Below are positions 36,318 through 45,753 of a stretch of DNA of 64,000 nt, in pieces (within the stretch, counting starts at the first letter, position 1; every line of letters begins with the position of its first letter). Source of the stretch: an uncultured Candidatus Saccharimonas sp. (lineage in GTDB: Bacteria > Patescibacteriota > Saccharimonadia > Saccharimonadales > Saccharimonadaceae); assembly GCA_963518805.1 (NCBI GenBank), contig CAUQKG010000001.1, positions 133,968 to 197,967 on the forward strand, read 5' to 3'. Position numbers and translations under genes: made by a program. The notes under the pieces are model-generated. The model was not told the DNA's origin. It searched no databases and worked only from the letters and a program-made list of their open reading frames with translations.

Positions 36318-38978
36318 TTATTTACGACCCTTCTTCTTGTTTTGGCGTTGAGCCTTTTTGGCTTTCCGTGCGTTATTTTTCTTGGTATTTTCACTATTTT
36401 TCGAAGACGCTTTTTTAGCTTTCGAAAAGTCTTCATCTCGGTTTTTTTCACCAGATTGAATTTCATTAACACCTTTCTCGACTGAATTTTCAGCAAGGCG
36501 AGTAAGCTCGGTATCATGATCTTCTTCTTGACGAACGGCAGCATCATTAGGTGTAATTCTAGTCAAAATTTGAATAGTCTCATCACGCAAAGTATTTTGT
36601 AAACCATCAAACAATTTTTGCGACTCAGCACGATATTCAACCAATGGATCACGCTGTCCAACACTTCGCCAATGAATCCCTTCACGCAAGAAATTCATAT
36701 TTTCAAGATGGTTCATCCAAAGCGTATCAAGAATTTGCATATAAACTTCACGTTCAACTTTTTGAAACGCTTCCTTACCGATCTCATTTTCTTTATCTTG
36801 GTAAAGTTCTTCGGCAATATGTTTTGCTAATTTGATACGTTTTTTATCGTTCGAAATTCGACCAAGTGCTTCAACTTTCTCTTCTTCAATTGGGAAGATT
36901 TCAGTAAAATTCGAAACAAACTTTTCGTTATTTTCTGAAGGAAGCTCAGCGAGTTCCTCTGCTTTAGAAATAAACAAAGCCTTAATTTCATCTGTAATAT
37001 CTTCGCCTTCAAGAATTTTTCGGCGCATTGTATAGACAACTTTTCGGTGACGGTTAATGACGTTATCGTATTGAACAACATTTTTACGCGTATCAAAATT
37101 AAATCCTTCAACACGTTTTTGAGCGTTCTCAAGAGTTTTCGAAACAGATTTATGCTGGATTGGCATATCTTCTGGTACACCAAGTCTATCCATCAACATT
37201 GCGATTCGTTCACCTTGGAAAATTCGCATCAAATCATCTTCAGTTGAAACATAAAATTGCGTTTCACCAGGGTCGCCCTGACGGCCACCACGACCACGGA
37301 ACTGATTATCGATTCGGCGAGATTCGTGGCGCTCTGAACCAATCACAACTAATCCGCCCAATTCTTTCACACCTTTACCAAGCTTAATATCGGTTCCACG
37401 ACCAGCAATATTCGTTGCGAGCGTAATTGCGCCTTTTTCTCCAGCACGCGCCACAATTGCGGCTTCATGTTCGTTATTTTTAGCATTCAAAAGGTTGTAT
37501 TTAATTCCCTCTTGATCAAGATACTTCGCAATTTGTTCATTCTTCTCAATTGAACCTGAGCCAACCAAAACTGGGCGACCCTGTGCGTGATATTCTTTAA
37601 TTGCTTCTGCCACGGCTTTAAGTTTTGCCTTTTCAGTTTTAAAGATTAAGTCTTCTTTATCATCACGAATAACTGGTTTATTTGAAGGGATTTGCACAAC
37701 TTCTAAAGAATAAATTTGCTGAAATTCTTCGGCCTCAGTGAAAGCAGTTCCGGTCATTCCCGAAAGTTTATTGTAAAGACGGAAGAAATTCTGGAACGAA
37801 ATTGTAGCAAGTGTCATTGATTCTTGAAGAACTGGCACTTTTTCTTTCGCCTCAATAGCTTGGTGTAAACCTTCATTGTATCGACGACCATTCATTAAAC
37901 GACCAGTGTGTTCATCAACAATAATCACCTCACCATCATTTGTCACAACATAATCTTTGTCACGTTTGAAGAGAGTTTCAGCGCGCAAAGCTTGCTCAAC
38001 ATGGTAAACTGCACGCGAATGTTCTGGTGTGTAAAGATTCTTCATATTGAGAAGTTTTTCGATTTTATCAATTCCAGATTCAGTCAAAGCTACACTTCGG
38101 CGTTTTTCATCAACTTCATAATCTTCTTTCGAAAGTTGCGAAATAACTTGTGCAAACTGAATATAGCTTTCTGGGTTTTCGGCTGCAGGAGCAGAGATAA
38201 TTAACGGAGTTCGGGCTTCATCGATTAAGATAGAATCAACCTCATCGACAATTGCAAAATTAAGCTCACGCTGGCGCAAAAGTTCAACTTCGTTCACCAT
38301 GTTGTCGCGCAGATAATCGAAACCAAATTCGTTATTTGTTCCATAGGTGATATCCGCAGCATAAGCCTCTTTTCGAGTTGCTGGGCGAAGCTTTCGCATA
38401 TTTTCGTCTTCGTGCTCTTCATTATCATATTCTGGATCAAAAATAAAGCTTGCTTCATTGATAATTACACCAACTGAAAGGCCAAGAAAATCATATAGAT
38501 TCCCCATCCAAGATGCATCGCGCTGAGCAAGGTAGTCGTTCACGGTTACAACATGAACGCCTTTTCCTTCCATCGCGTTCAAAGAAACTGGCAAAGTTGC
38601 CACTAAAGTTTTACCTTCACCAGTTTTCATTTCTGCAACTTTTCCTTCATGCAAAACCATTCCACCAATCAACTGAACATCAAAGTGTCGCATTCCAAGC
38701 ACACGAGTCGAAGCTTCACGCACAAGCGCAAAAACATCTGGCAAGATATCATCTAAATCTTTTTTCGAAAGGCTTTTTTTGAGTTTTTTAAAAGCTTCTT
38801 TGAGCTTTTCGTCACTCATTTTTTCATATTTTTCGCTTAGATTATTAATTTCATCAACTTTTCGTTGCAGTCGGCGCAAAATCTTTTTTTGCGGGTCACC
38901 AAAAACAGTAGTTAAAAGTTTATCAACTTTATTTTCTTCCACCATTACATTTTTTTTCTTCGCAGTTTTTTTAGACAT
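36318..38978 (-). CDS. secA: Preprotein translocase ATPase SecA
   Basis: MKTGEGKT, VTVNDYLA.RD, IVDEVDSILIDEARTPLIIS, GRQGDPG. The GGAGAGGGA RBS supports ATG 38978. Confidence 0.98.
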   Translation of the reverse strand: MSKKTAKKKNVMVEENKVDKLLTTVFGDPQKKILRRLQRKVDEINNLSEKYEKMSDEKLKEAFKKLKKSLSKKDLDDILPDVFALVREASTRVLGMRHFDVQLIGGMVLHEGKVAEMKTGEGKTLVATLPVSLNAMEGKGVHVVTVNDYLAQRDASWMGNLYDFLGLSVGVIINEASFIFDPEYDNEEHEDENMRKLRPATRKEAYAADITYGTNNEFGFDYLRDNMVNEVELLRQRELNFAIVDEVDSILIDEARTPLIISAPAAENPESYIQFAQVISQLSKEDYEVDEKRRSVALTESGIDKIEKLLNMKNLYTPEHSRAVYHVEQALRAETLFKRDKDYVVTNDGEVIIVDEHTGRLMNGRRYNEGLHQAIEAKEKVPVLQESMTLATISFQNFFRLYNKLSGMTGTAFTEAEEFQQIYSLEVVQIPSNKPVIRDDKEDLIFKTEKAKLKAVAEAIKEYHAQGRPVLVGSGSIEKNEQIAKYLDQEGIKYNLLNAKNNEHEAAIVARAGEKGAITLATNIAGRGTDIKLGKGVKELGGLVVIGSERHESRRIDNQFRGRGGRQGDPGETQFYVSTEDDLMRIFQGERIAMLMDRLGVPEDMPIQHKSVSKTLENAQKRVEGFNFDTRKNVVQYDNVINRHRKVVYTMRRKILEGEDITDEIKALFISKAEELAELPSENNEKFVSNFTEIFPIEEEKVEALGRISNDKKRIKLAKHIAEELYQDKENEIGKEAFQKVEREVYMQILDTLWMNHLENMNFLREGIHWRSVGQRDPLVEYRAESQKLFDGLQNTLRDETIQILTRITPNDAAVRQEEDHDTELTRLAENSVEKGVNEIQSGEKNRDEDFSKAKKASSKNSENTKKNNARKAKKAQRQNKKKGRK

Positions 38979-39060
38979 TTCCCTCTCCATTAAAAACAGT
39001 ATAAAATCTATCCTATATTTTACCATAATTTGAATATTAAAAAAAGCCCCTTTCAGGACT

Positions 39061-39504
39061 TTATTTAAAAACTTCCGTAAAAACATTAATCACTTCATCT
39101 CTTAGTGTCTCATACTTTCTAGTGAACACTTCAAGGTTTTTTGAAGCTTTCTCATATTCGAGAACTTTCGCTCCTAGTTCTCGAATTTTTTGCGATGAAA
39201 TTCTAGTCTTTTCATTCGCATTATTCGATAACATTGAAAGTGGAAGAAGGGTGTTATTATCAACCAGAGTCGATAATTCAAAAGCTTCAGCCCAATCTTC
39301 CTCATCATCGTCATTCGAAATGAGCAATTCTTTCTTTGCCGGATTAAAATCAATGGTCTTGATTTTAATAATTGGGCGTTCACCTTTAACAGTTATAATT
39401 TCATAAATCACAACTGTTTCAATTCCCTCAGCATTCTTAGATACAGTGGCAAATCGCCGACCGTATTTTCTGAATAAGTCTTTAATTGTTAATTCACCAT
39501 TCAT
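39061..39504 (-). CDS. Hypothetical protein (147 aa from ATG 39504)
   Basis: GAAGGAGA RBS; start overlaps the end of the upstream ORF. Confidence 0.7.
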   Translation of the reverse strand: MNGELTIKDLFRKYGRRFATVSKNAEGIETVVIYEIITVKGERPIIKIKTIDFNPAKKELLISNDDDEEDWAEAFELSTLVDNNTLLPLSMLSNNANEKTRISSQKIRELGAKVLEYEKASKNLEVFTRKYETLRDEVINVFTEVFK

Positions 39505-40046
39505 AGCTAAAATCTCCTTCATTAATATGCATACAAAAATAAGGTATAATATCTTGGACTCTTTCGCCAAGATATGTTAAATCTTGACCAACCACTTCTT
39601 TGCTTTCTCCACTCATAAATTCGCGCTTAATAACTTCTGCGATATCTTGAATTTCGAAAAGCCAATCAGTCCAACTTAAGGAATTATACCAAACAAAATG
39701 TCTATAATTCTCAAGGCATTCTTCAATGCTTAATTCTTTGAGCATACCACGATCAATTATTTCGACCTTACATGGTCGATATTCCAAACCTTGATCTTGC
39801 TCAAAAAACCAATCTAAAACCGTAAAAACCGAATCATCTTTGAGATCTTCAATTTCTTTCACAATTTGAACTCGAACGCCAATTTCTGGAATTATCTTCT
39901 TCCCATCTTTTCGAAAAAAACACAATCCCATACGTTATAGAAGACTCACTTTCCTGTTTACGATGAAGGCAAGCTAGTATTTCACTCGACTTGCGATGTA
40001 ACATCTCACGTAAAAGTTCTTGCTGCCTATTTATGTGTTTATTCAT
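39494..40046 (-). pseudogene. Hypothetical gene split by a frameshift at a T7 tract
   Basis: ORFs 39849-40046 and 39494-39931 join into one 183-aa frame if one T is removed from the T7 run (A7 at 39914-39920). Confidence 0.65.
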
Positions 40047-40158
40047 GTTTTTCACCCCCACAAAAATTTTAAAATAGCAATAACTTAATTATATCATATT
40101 TTATTTAAAAAGCAAAATCTCCACAAAATTGCAGAGATTTTAATATTCTTCGAAAATT

Positions 40159-40527
40159 TTAGCCTCGTTTTAGAGAACGCTTGAATTTCGCCATAATTCC
40201 AGATTTGCCAAGCCGTGGATTTTTCTCAGTTTTGTAACGGCGAATTTGCCCGTCAAGCTTAGCTTCAACAATATCGATTGCCGCTAAAACATTTGAACTT
40301 TGGTCTTTTGCAACAAGAGTTTTATCTGGTACATTAATAACCGCCTCAACTTCATATTTGTTATCGTGAGTACCATTAATTTGCGAAATCACCACGCGAG
40401 CTGAAGCTGATTTTTTAGCGTGTCGTGGCAAGTATTTATCTAATTTACCGATGTGTTTTTCTGCGTATTTTTTGGTTGTTTCGTCAATTTCGTATTTATT
40501 TCCTGTAATTTCAATCTGTGAGATCAT
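40159..40527 (-). CDS. hpf: Ribosome hibernation factor HPF/RaiA (short form)
   Basis: IEITG..., Y.EK.IGKL.KY, AAID.V..KL..QIRRYK. Confidence 0.92.
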   Translation of the reverse strand: MISQIEITGNKYEIDETTKKYAEKHIGKLDKYLPRHAKKSASARVVISQINGTHDNKYEVEAVINVPDKTLVAKDQSSNVLAAIDIVEAKLDGQIRRYKTEKNPRLGKSGIMAKFKRSLKRG

Positions 40528-40620
40528 ATATAATCCTTTTTTGTTAGTTTATAGCTCTATATTAGCATAAACATTTTATTTTGTCAAGCAAAAAGCCCGC
40601 AAACGCGAGCTCTACACTAA

Positions 40621-40893
40621 CTACTTAAGCTTGTTTATAACTTCTTTGATTTTATCGGTATTAAACCCGACAAAAGGTTCGAGACCTAAATCTCTTGGAT
40701 CTACAAACGGAGCGCCCGCTAGACCATAGTTCTGCTTCAACTCACTAGTCATTTCTGCTATAGAGCCATCAGGGTCATTGCTTACATTGTAAATAGTAAA
40801 ACGATCCAAAACACCCGCTCTTTCGAAGTTTTTTTTGGTCATATTGCAAGCTACGCAATTTTTAGCTACGAAAAGTACTGGCATATTAGACAC
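40621..40893 (-). CDS. NrdH-like glutaredoxin
   Basis: CVAC..TKK, AP.V, GF..DKI. Confidence 0.75.
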   Translation of the reverse strand: MSNMPVLFVAKNCVACNMTKKNFERAGVLDRFTIYNVSNDPDGSIAEMTSELKQNYGLAGAPFVDPRDLGLEPFVGFNTDKIKEVINKLK

Positions 40894-41000
40894 CTTCTTT
40901 CTTAATTTATATTTAGATTATATCATAAACAAAACAAAAAAGCACTATCTATAGTGTTGTAAAATTTACAAAACTCTATATTTAGTGCTTATTTTATTTT

Positions 41001-42263
41001 TTAGATTCGTTCGCGATTATTCATATAAGGTTGAAGAACTTTTGGTAAAACAAGATCTTCCCCATCTTGAAAATTCTCAATTGCCGCCACCAAACATCGC
41101 GCAAGTGAAACAGCTGTACCATTCAAAGTGTGAACAACTTGCAATTCACCATTTTCACGACGCACGCGAATATTCAAATTTCGTGCTTGATAGTCGGTGC
41201 AGTTTGAGCAACTCGTAATTTCACGATAATTGCCATCCACTGGGCTCCAATACTCAATGTCATATTTCTTCGAAGCTGGCGCGCCCAAATCACCGCTGGC
41301 AATATTGACCACACGGTAAGGAATGCCGAGCTCTTGATAAATTTCTTCTTCAACGGCCAAAATTTTTTCATGAGTTTCAGCACTCTGCTCTGGCAAAGTA
41401 TAAGCATACATTTCAAGCTTATTGAATTGATGAACACGGAAAAGCCCACGCGTGTGCTTACCGTAAGCTCCCGCCTCTTTTCGATAGCAAGGAGAATAGC
41501 CAGCGTAAAAAATTGGCAAATCTTTTTCGTTCAAAATTTCACCAGCGTGAAAACCAGTTAATGACATTTCAGCAGTTGCAATCAAACTTAAATCTTCGCC
41601 TTCAATAAAATATTCATCACTTTGTTCGCTTGAACGAGGCGCGAATCCAGTTCCCGTGGCAACTTCACCGTTAACCATATGCGGAACGGTCATAAAATTA
41701 AAGCCTTTCGAAATCAATTTATTCAACGCAAACTGATAAATAGCATTTTCAAGAAGCGCCAAATCTCCTTTCAAGAAATAGAATTTAGTTCCAGCAACCT
41801 TCGAGCCACGCTCAAAATCAACCCAACCTTTTTTGTTTGCAAAATCTAAGTGGTCTTCGGCGCCTTTACGGCTTTCGAAAAGTTCTTCGCCCCAAGTTTT
41901 TACCAAATCATCTTCACCTTCCTCGCCAATCGGCACATCAGCTTGAAGAATATTTGGAATACTGTTTAAAGCATTCGAAAGTTTTTCGTCAAGTTCGCGA
42001 TAAGTTTTTTCAAGCTCGGCAAGCTCTTCTTTGATTTTCTTGCCTTCTGCAATTTGTTCATCACTTGGCCTTCCACCAGAGTTTTTCATCGAGGCTGCAA
42101 TTTGGTTACGGCGAGTTCGAAGTTCGTCAATTTGAGCCGTAAGAGCTTTTCTTTCGTCGTCGAGCGAAATGACAGCTTGAACATCAGCATTTTTATAACC
42201 TTTATTCAACGCATCTTTTTGCACACGCTCGGCATTTTCACGAATAAATCTAATATCTAACAT
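41001..42263 (-). CDS. serS: Serine--tRNA ligase
   Basis: MLDIRFIREN, LIATAE, CYRKEAG.YGK.TRGLFRVHQF.K.E, EITSCSNCTDYQAR, HTLNGT. Confidence 0.98.
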   Translation of the reverse strand: MLDIRFIRENAERVQKDALNKGYKNADVQAVISLDDERKALTAQIDELRTRRNQIAASMKNSGGRPSDEQIAEGKKIKEELAELEKTYRELDEKLSNALNSIPNILQADVPIGEEGEDDLVKTWGEELFESRKGAEDHLDFANKKGWVDFERGSKVAGTKFYFLKGDLALLENAIYQFALNKLISKGFNFMTVPHMVNGEVATGTGFAPRSSEQSDEYFIEGEDLSLIATAEMSLTGFHAGEILNEKDLPIFYAGYSPCYRKEAGAYGKHTRGLFRVHQFNKLEMYAYTLPEQSAETHEKILAVEEEIYQELGIPYRVVNIASGDLGAPASKKYDIEYWSPVDGNYREITSCSNCTDYQARNLNIRVRRENGELQVVHTLNGTAVSLARCLVAAIENFQDGEDLVLPKVLQPYMNNRERI

Positions 42264-42310
42264 ATAATAATTATACTACAGTTTTGGCAAAAAAATAACC
42301 CCTTTTTAAC

Positions 42311-42339
42311 TTGACTTTATTAATATAAAATTATATAAT
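42311..42339 (+). promoter_or_regulatory. Sigma70 promoter, cassette 1
   Basis: TTGACT-17-TATAAT. Confidence 0.75.
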
Positions 42340-42397
42340 ATGCAAGTATTAGTTCTTTAAAAAACTTTACGGAAAAAAATCTAGGAGGACGTTTTTT

Positions 42398-43075
42398 ATG
42401 TCAAAAACAACAAACGACAATTTTGTAGAACCGTTACTTAGCAAGGCTAAACTAGAAGAGCTACAAGAAGAATACTCAATAATCTTGTGTGAAATTATTG
42501 AGTATATCACAAAAAACCTCGGCCAATCGATCAAACGGCAAACAATTCCATTTGACTATTTTAATCATTGGAGGAAGTATTCCACAAAAATTAGCGTCCC
42601 AAAAGAAACAGCAATTGAATTTGGCTATGGAAATAATAAATTTATTGAAGTTCGCGGAACCGTCAATAGGAAGTTTTATATTCATGAAGAATATGAGGCC
42701 GAAAAAGACGGCGTAGAACAAATTATCTTCTTAATAGAGCCAGAATTGATTTTGAAATCTGATAAGCCAAGTCAAAACGGGAAAATCACTCGCTATCATG
42801 AAGTGATTTCGGAAGAAGTGAAGAAGTTTTTAACAAATCTTTCGAAAGATGCTTATGAAAGCCTACATGAGCAACTTTGTATTGACGGAGTAATTGAAGT
42901 CCCCATTACTTTGCCAGAAGGTATTCATCCGCTGACGCTGTATAAATACTTTAAGCGGTATAAGGATAAGGCATTATTTAGAAACGTCGCTGGGTTCAGG
43001 CGGCCCCATGCTAATAGCGAGGCTCGCAAACAGGGGTATAACCTGTATGTAAAAGTAACTGGACTGGATTTTTAA
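42398..43075 (+). CDS. Hypothetical 225-aa protein (C-terminal half resembles the next gene)
   Basis: AGGAGG RBS, own promoter and terminator. Confidence 0.78.
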   Translation: MSKTTNDNFVEPLLSKAKLEELQEEYSIILCEIIEYITKNLGQSIKRQTIPFDYFNHWRKYSTKISVPKETAIEFGYGNNKFIEVRGTVNRKFYIHEEYEAEKDGVEQIIFLIEPELILKSDKPSQNGKITRYHEVISEEVKKFLTNLSKDAYESLHEQLCIDGVIEVPITLPEGIHPLTLYKYFKRYKDKALFRNVAGFRRPHANSEARKQGYNLYVKVTGLDF

Positions 43076-43079
43076 CCTT

Positions 43080-43139
43080 AAAGCTCCAATTTCAATTTGG
43101 GGCTTTTTAATTGACTTTTATTTTTAAAAGTGTTATAAT
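43080..43139 (+). promoter_or_regulatory. Terminator fused to the next promoter
   Basis: AAAGCTCCAA-tttcaat-TTGGGGCTTTTT, then TTGACT(43111)-17-TATAAT(43134). Confidence 0.75.
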
Positions 43140-43191
43140 TTATATTATAACACTTTCCCTTTAAAGGGACGCAATTTAAGGAGGAACGCCT

Positions 43192-43578
43192 ATGGCCACC
43201 ACAACACTTTCAACAAAAAACGCCGCGCTTATTCAAGAATCACGTGAAGCCCGTGTTAAAGAATATCACGATGAGCTTTCAAAGAAAATTCGTGATTTTT
43301 TTGCGGGATTAAGCGATCAAGATATTGAGTACGCAGTTAGTCACTGTACTGTAGGACGCAAATATATTATTGAGTTTCCTATTAGTGACCTTTTCGAAGA
43401 AGAAAATTACTATGATATTGACAATATCATCAGAATGGATCCATTATTCAAAGCTGTTAGTCGAGTTTTACCCTTCAAAAAGGGAGAAACTAAAATGGCA
43501 CGAGTATGGCTCAAAGGAGACATTCGCAAATTCTTGCCAGAAAATCACAAATTATATCACAACGGAAAATCCAATTAA
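43192..43578 (+). CDS. Hypothetical 128-aa protein
   Basis: AAGGAGG RBS, own promoter and terminator. Confidence 0.78.
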   Translation: MATTTLSTKNAALIQESREARVKEYHDELSKKIRDFFAGLSDQDIEYAVSHCTVGRKYIIEFPISDLFEEENYYDIDNIIRMDPLFKAVSRVLPFKKGETKMARVWLKGDIRKFLPENHKLYHNGKSN

Positions 43579-43594
43579 GTTTGCGGTCAACACG

Positions 43595-43650
43595 CCTCGC
43601 CAAAATGGCGGGGTTTTTCTATTGACTTTTTTATTTTTTTATGTTATTAT
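43595..43650 (+). promoter_or_regulatory. Terminator fused to the next promoter
   Basis: CCTCGCCA-aaa-TGGCGGGG-TTTTT, then TTGACT(43622)-17-TATTAT(43645). Confidence 0.75.
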
Positions 43651-43686
43651 AGTTATGTTTTAAAGCAAAAAACAAAAAGGAATCAA

Positions 43687-44004
43687 ATGAAACAAAAAAA
43701 GATTAAAAAAGTAATTGAATACTTTGACCCAATTTTTAAAAAGAATTTTAAATTAAAAATTGAAAAAAATAACAAAGAAATAAAAATTGAACTACCCAAC
43801 GAAAAAAACTTCTTTCGTGGCGTGAGCTTTAGTGAAAATGTTAGCCTAAAAAAGGTGGCAAATGGAAGCTGGATCAAAACTTTGCATGCAAAATTTGGAG
43901 CTGGTGCAGAAGAACTGTTTGGCGTGAATGAAATCAACGAAGAAAGTGAGTTAGAATCTCGCGACGTGCGAATCATCGCCTTTATCGAAAAGAGTTTGGC
44001 TTAA
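43687..44004 (+). CDS. Hypothetical 105-aa Lys-rich protein
   Basis: AAAGGA RBS, own promoter; ends before a bidirectional terminator. Confidence 0.7.
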   Translation: MKQKKIKKVIEYFDPIFKKNFKLKIEKNNKEIKIELPNEKNFFRGVSFSENVSLKKVANGSWIKTLHAKFGAGAEELFGVNEINEESELESRDVRIIAFIEKSLA

Positions 44005-44021
44005 TATAACTAATTTTAATA

Positions 44022-44061
44022 ATAAAAGACCTCTTAAATTTTAACAAAAGAGGTCTTTTAT
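44022..44061. terminator. Bidirectional terminator
   Basis: ATAAAAGACCTCTT...AAGAGGTCTTTTAT. Confidence 0.8.
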
Positions 44062-44075
44062 CTTATCTATTCTAT

Positions 44076-45623
44076 TTAATAGTTTCTCTTAATAACAATT
44101 ATAGAAATCACAGAAAGTGCAGCACCACCCATGAAAAGTAAATTCTTAACAAAATTATTTTCGAAACCTGTGTTTGGTGCACTAATGTTTTCTTTTGGTT
44201 TCTTCTCTTCTTTTACTGGGTTCGAAGGTTTTTCAGGCGCAGGAACGCTTTTCTTTTTATAAACAAATGTTACAATCTTTACACCTTCTTCAACTTTTCC
44301 GGTTTTAGGCGATGAGTTTTTAAGCAGCTCGGCTTTTTCGAATCCTTCAAATTGCTTTTCTTCGGCAGTATAGTCTGTGCCCACTTGAACTTTATTCGAT
44401 AACAAAACTTCAGGAGCAAGGCTTGTGCCGTTTTCATCTTGATAGCGCACAATCACAGATCCACGCTTTTTAATATCTGCGTAAGATTTCATTTTTGTGC
44501 CGCTTATAACACCTGCAGCTGGTTTATCTAGAGAAAAGTACTTATCATCACCTCGGTAAATTTCTGTAGTTGCAGAAATTGGGTTCAATTTATTCTCGTT
44601 ATAGTTAATTGTTTTTTCGCTAGTATCCAAAATAGTTAATTTTGGCAAGAATTGATAAATAGATTTATCATCAGCAATTTCTACAATCTGATATACAAGC
44701 TCGTGACTTGAATTTTTTATAACTTTATACTTTAAGTTTACACCAGTCTTAAGCAAGACGCCTTTTGAAGTAGCGTTATCGCCAAAGTTAGCATATAACT
44801 CCTGAGTATTTATAGTGCCGACTGCTCCCTCTTTTGGATTCAATTTTGCGTCAAATGCAACTCCAGAGGATTGCGGTAGCTTCATCTTGAAGATATCACC
44901 CGGCTTAATATGCTTAGAACTATTTTTATCCGTTTGAGCCAAACTAAAGTCAAATATAGTACCATTTAAATTCTCACCATCTTGGCTAGAGGCATGAAAA
45001 ATATTAAACCTAAAGTCTACCGCTGGCGATGTCTTACCATACCCATTGATCGTACCAGTTTTACGCACAATATCTTTATCATTAACCTTTACGACTTGCT
45101 CAGCGTTATATTTATGATTCACCCAAGCAGCATAATTATAAGCAACAATATCTATCGACAACTCCATATTAGAGAATTTTTTAGCTTGATCATTGAATAT
45201 TAGCTTATATTCTGAGTTTCTACCAACGCTCTTTTCCGGAATAATATCTTCTGCTCCAGGATTACCCTTAATAGACTTTTGACCGAAGACACCAACACCA
45301 ACATTTTTATCAGATTTGACAAACTTCATCTTACCAATGATTGTATCTTTGTAACGGATATCTCTGTCTTCTAGCCCACCATCATTAAGGCTTTCGAACC
45401 TAAGATCGATATAATCGCCAGCATTAATATTCTGTCCATTCTTAACATTTATATTAACCTTAGTATTAGTTCGGTTGAATGAGCCGCCTGATTGGAGTTC
45501 TTTAATATCACCCGTTGCATCAACATCAATTCTCTTTGCCGTGTCGGCAAACGCGGGTTGAGCTAAAAATAAAGCACAAACAGCACCCATGAAAGCATAA
45601 ACTGCTATTTTATTCTTAAACAT
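44076..45623 (-). CDS. Surface adhesin: Ig-like body plus MucBP domain plus APNTG-TM tail
   Basis: Signal peptide ending AFA; MucBP-like GSVIVRYQDENG..LAP...VG..Y......FEGF...G......VTFVYKK; ISAPNTGFE, then TM and KR. Confidence 0.82.
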   Translation of the reverse strand: MFKNKIAVYAFMGAVCALFLAQPAFADTAKRIDVDATGDIKELQSGGSFNRTNTKVNINVKNGQNINAGDYIDLRFESLNDGGLEDRDIRYKDTIIGKMKFVKSDKNVGVGVFGQKSIKGNPGAEDIIPEKSVGRNSEYKLIFNDQAKKFSNMELSIDIVAYNYAAWVNHKYNAEQVVKVNDKDIVRKTGTINGYGKTSPAVDFRFNIFHASSQDGENLNGTIFDFSLAQTDKNSSKHIKPGDIFKMKLPQSSGVAFDAKLNPKEGAVGTINTQELYANFGDNATSKGVLLKTGVNLKYKVIKNSSHELVYQIVEIADDKSIYQFLPKLTILDTSEKTINYNENKLNPISATTEIYRGDDKYFSLDKPAAGVISGTKMKSYADIKKRGSVIVRYQDENGTSLAPEVLLSNKVQVGTDYTAEEKQFEGFEKAELLKNSSPKTGKVEEGVKIVTFVYKKKSVPAPEKPSNPVKEEKKPKENISAPNTGFENNFVKNLLFMGGAALSVISIIVIKRNY

Positions 45624-45753
45624 TTCTCTCCCTTTATTTTTTACTACTTATGCTTAAAATTATAACTGGTTATGCATAAAAAGTCAAGACTTAAAAATCA
45701 TAAAAATAAAACTCCACCATTAGTGGTAGAGTTTTATTGTAAAAAATTATTTA

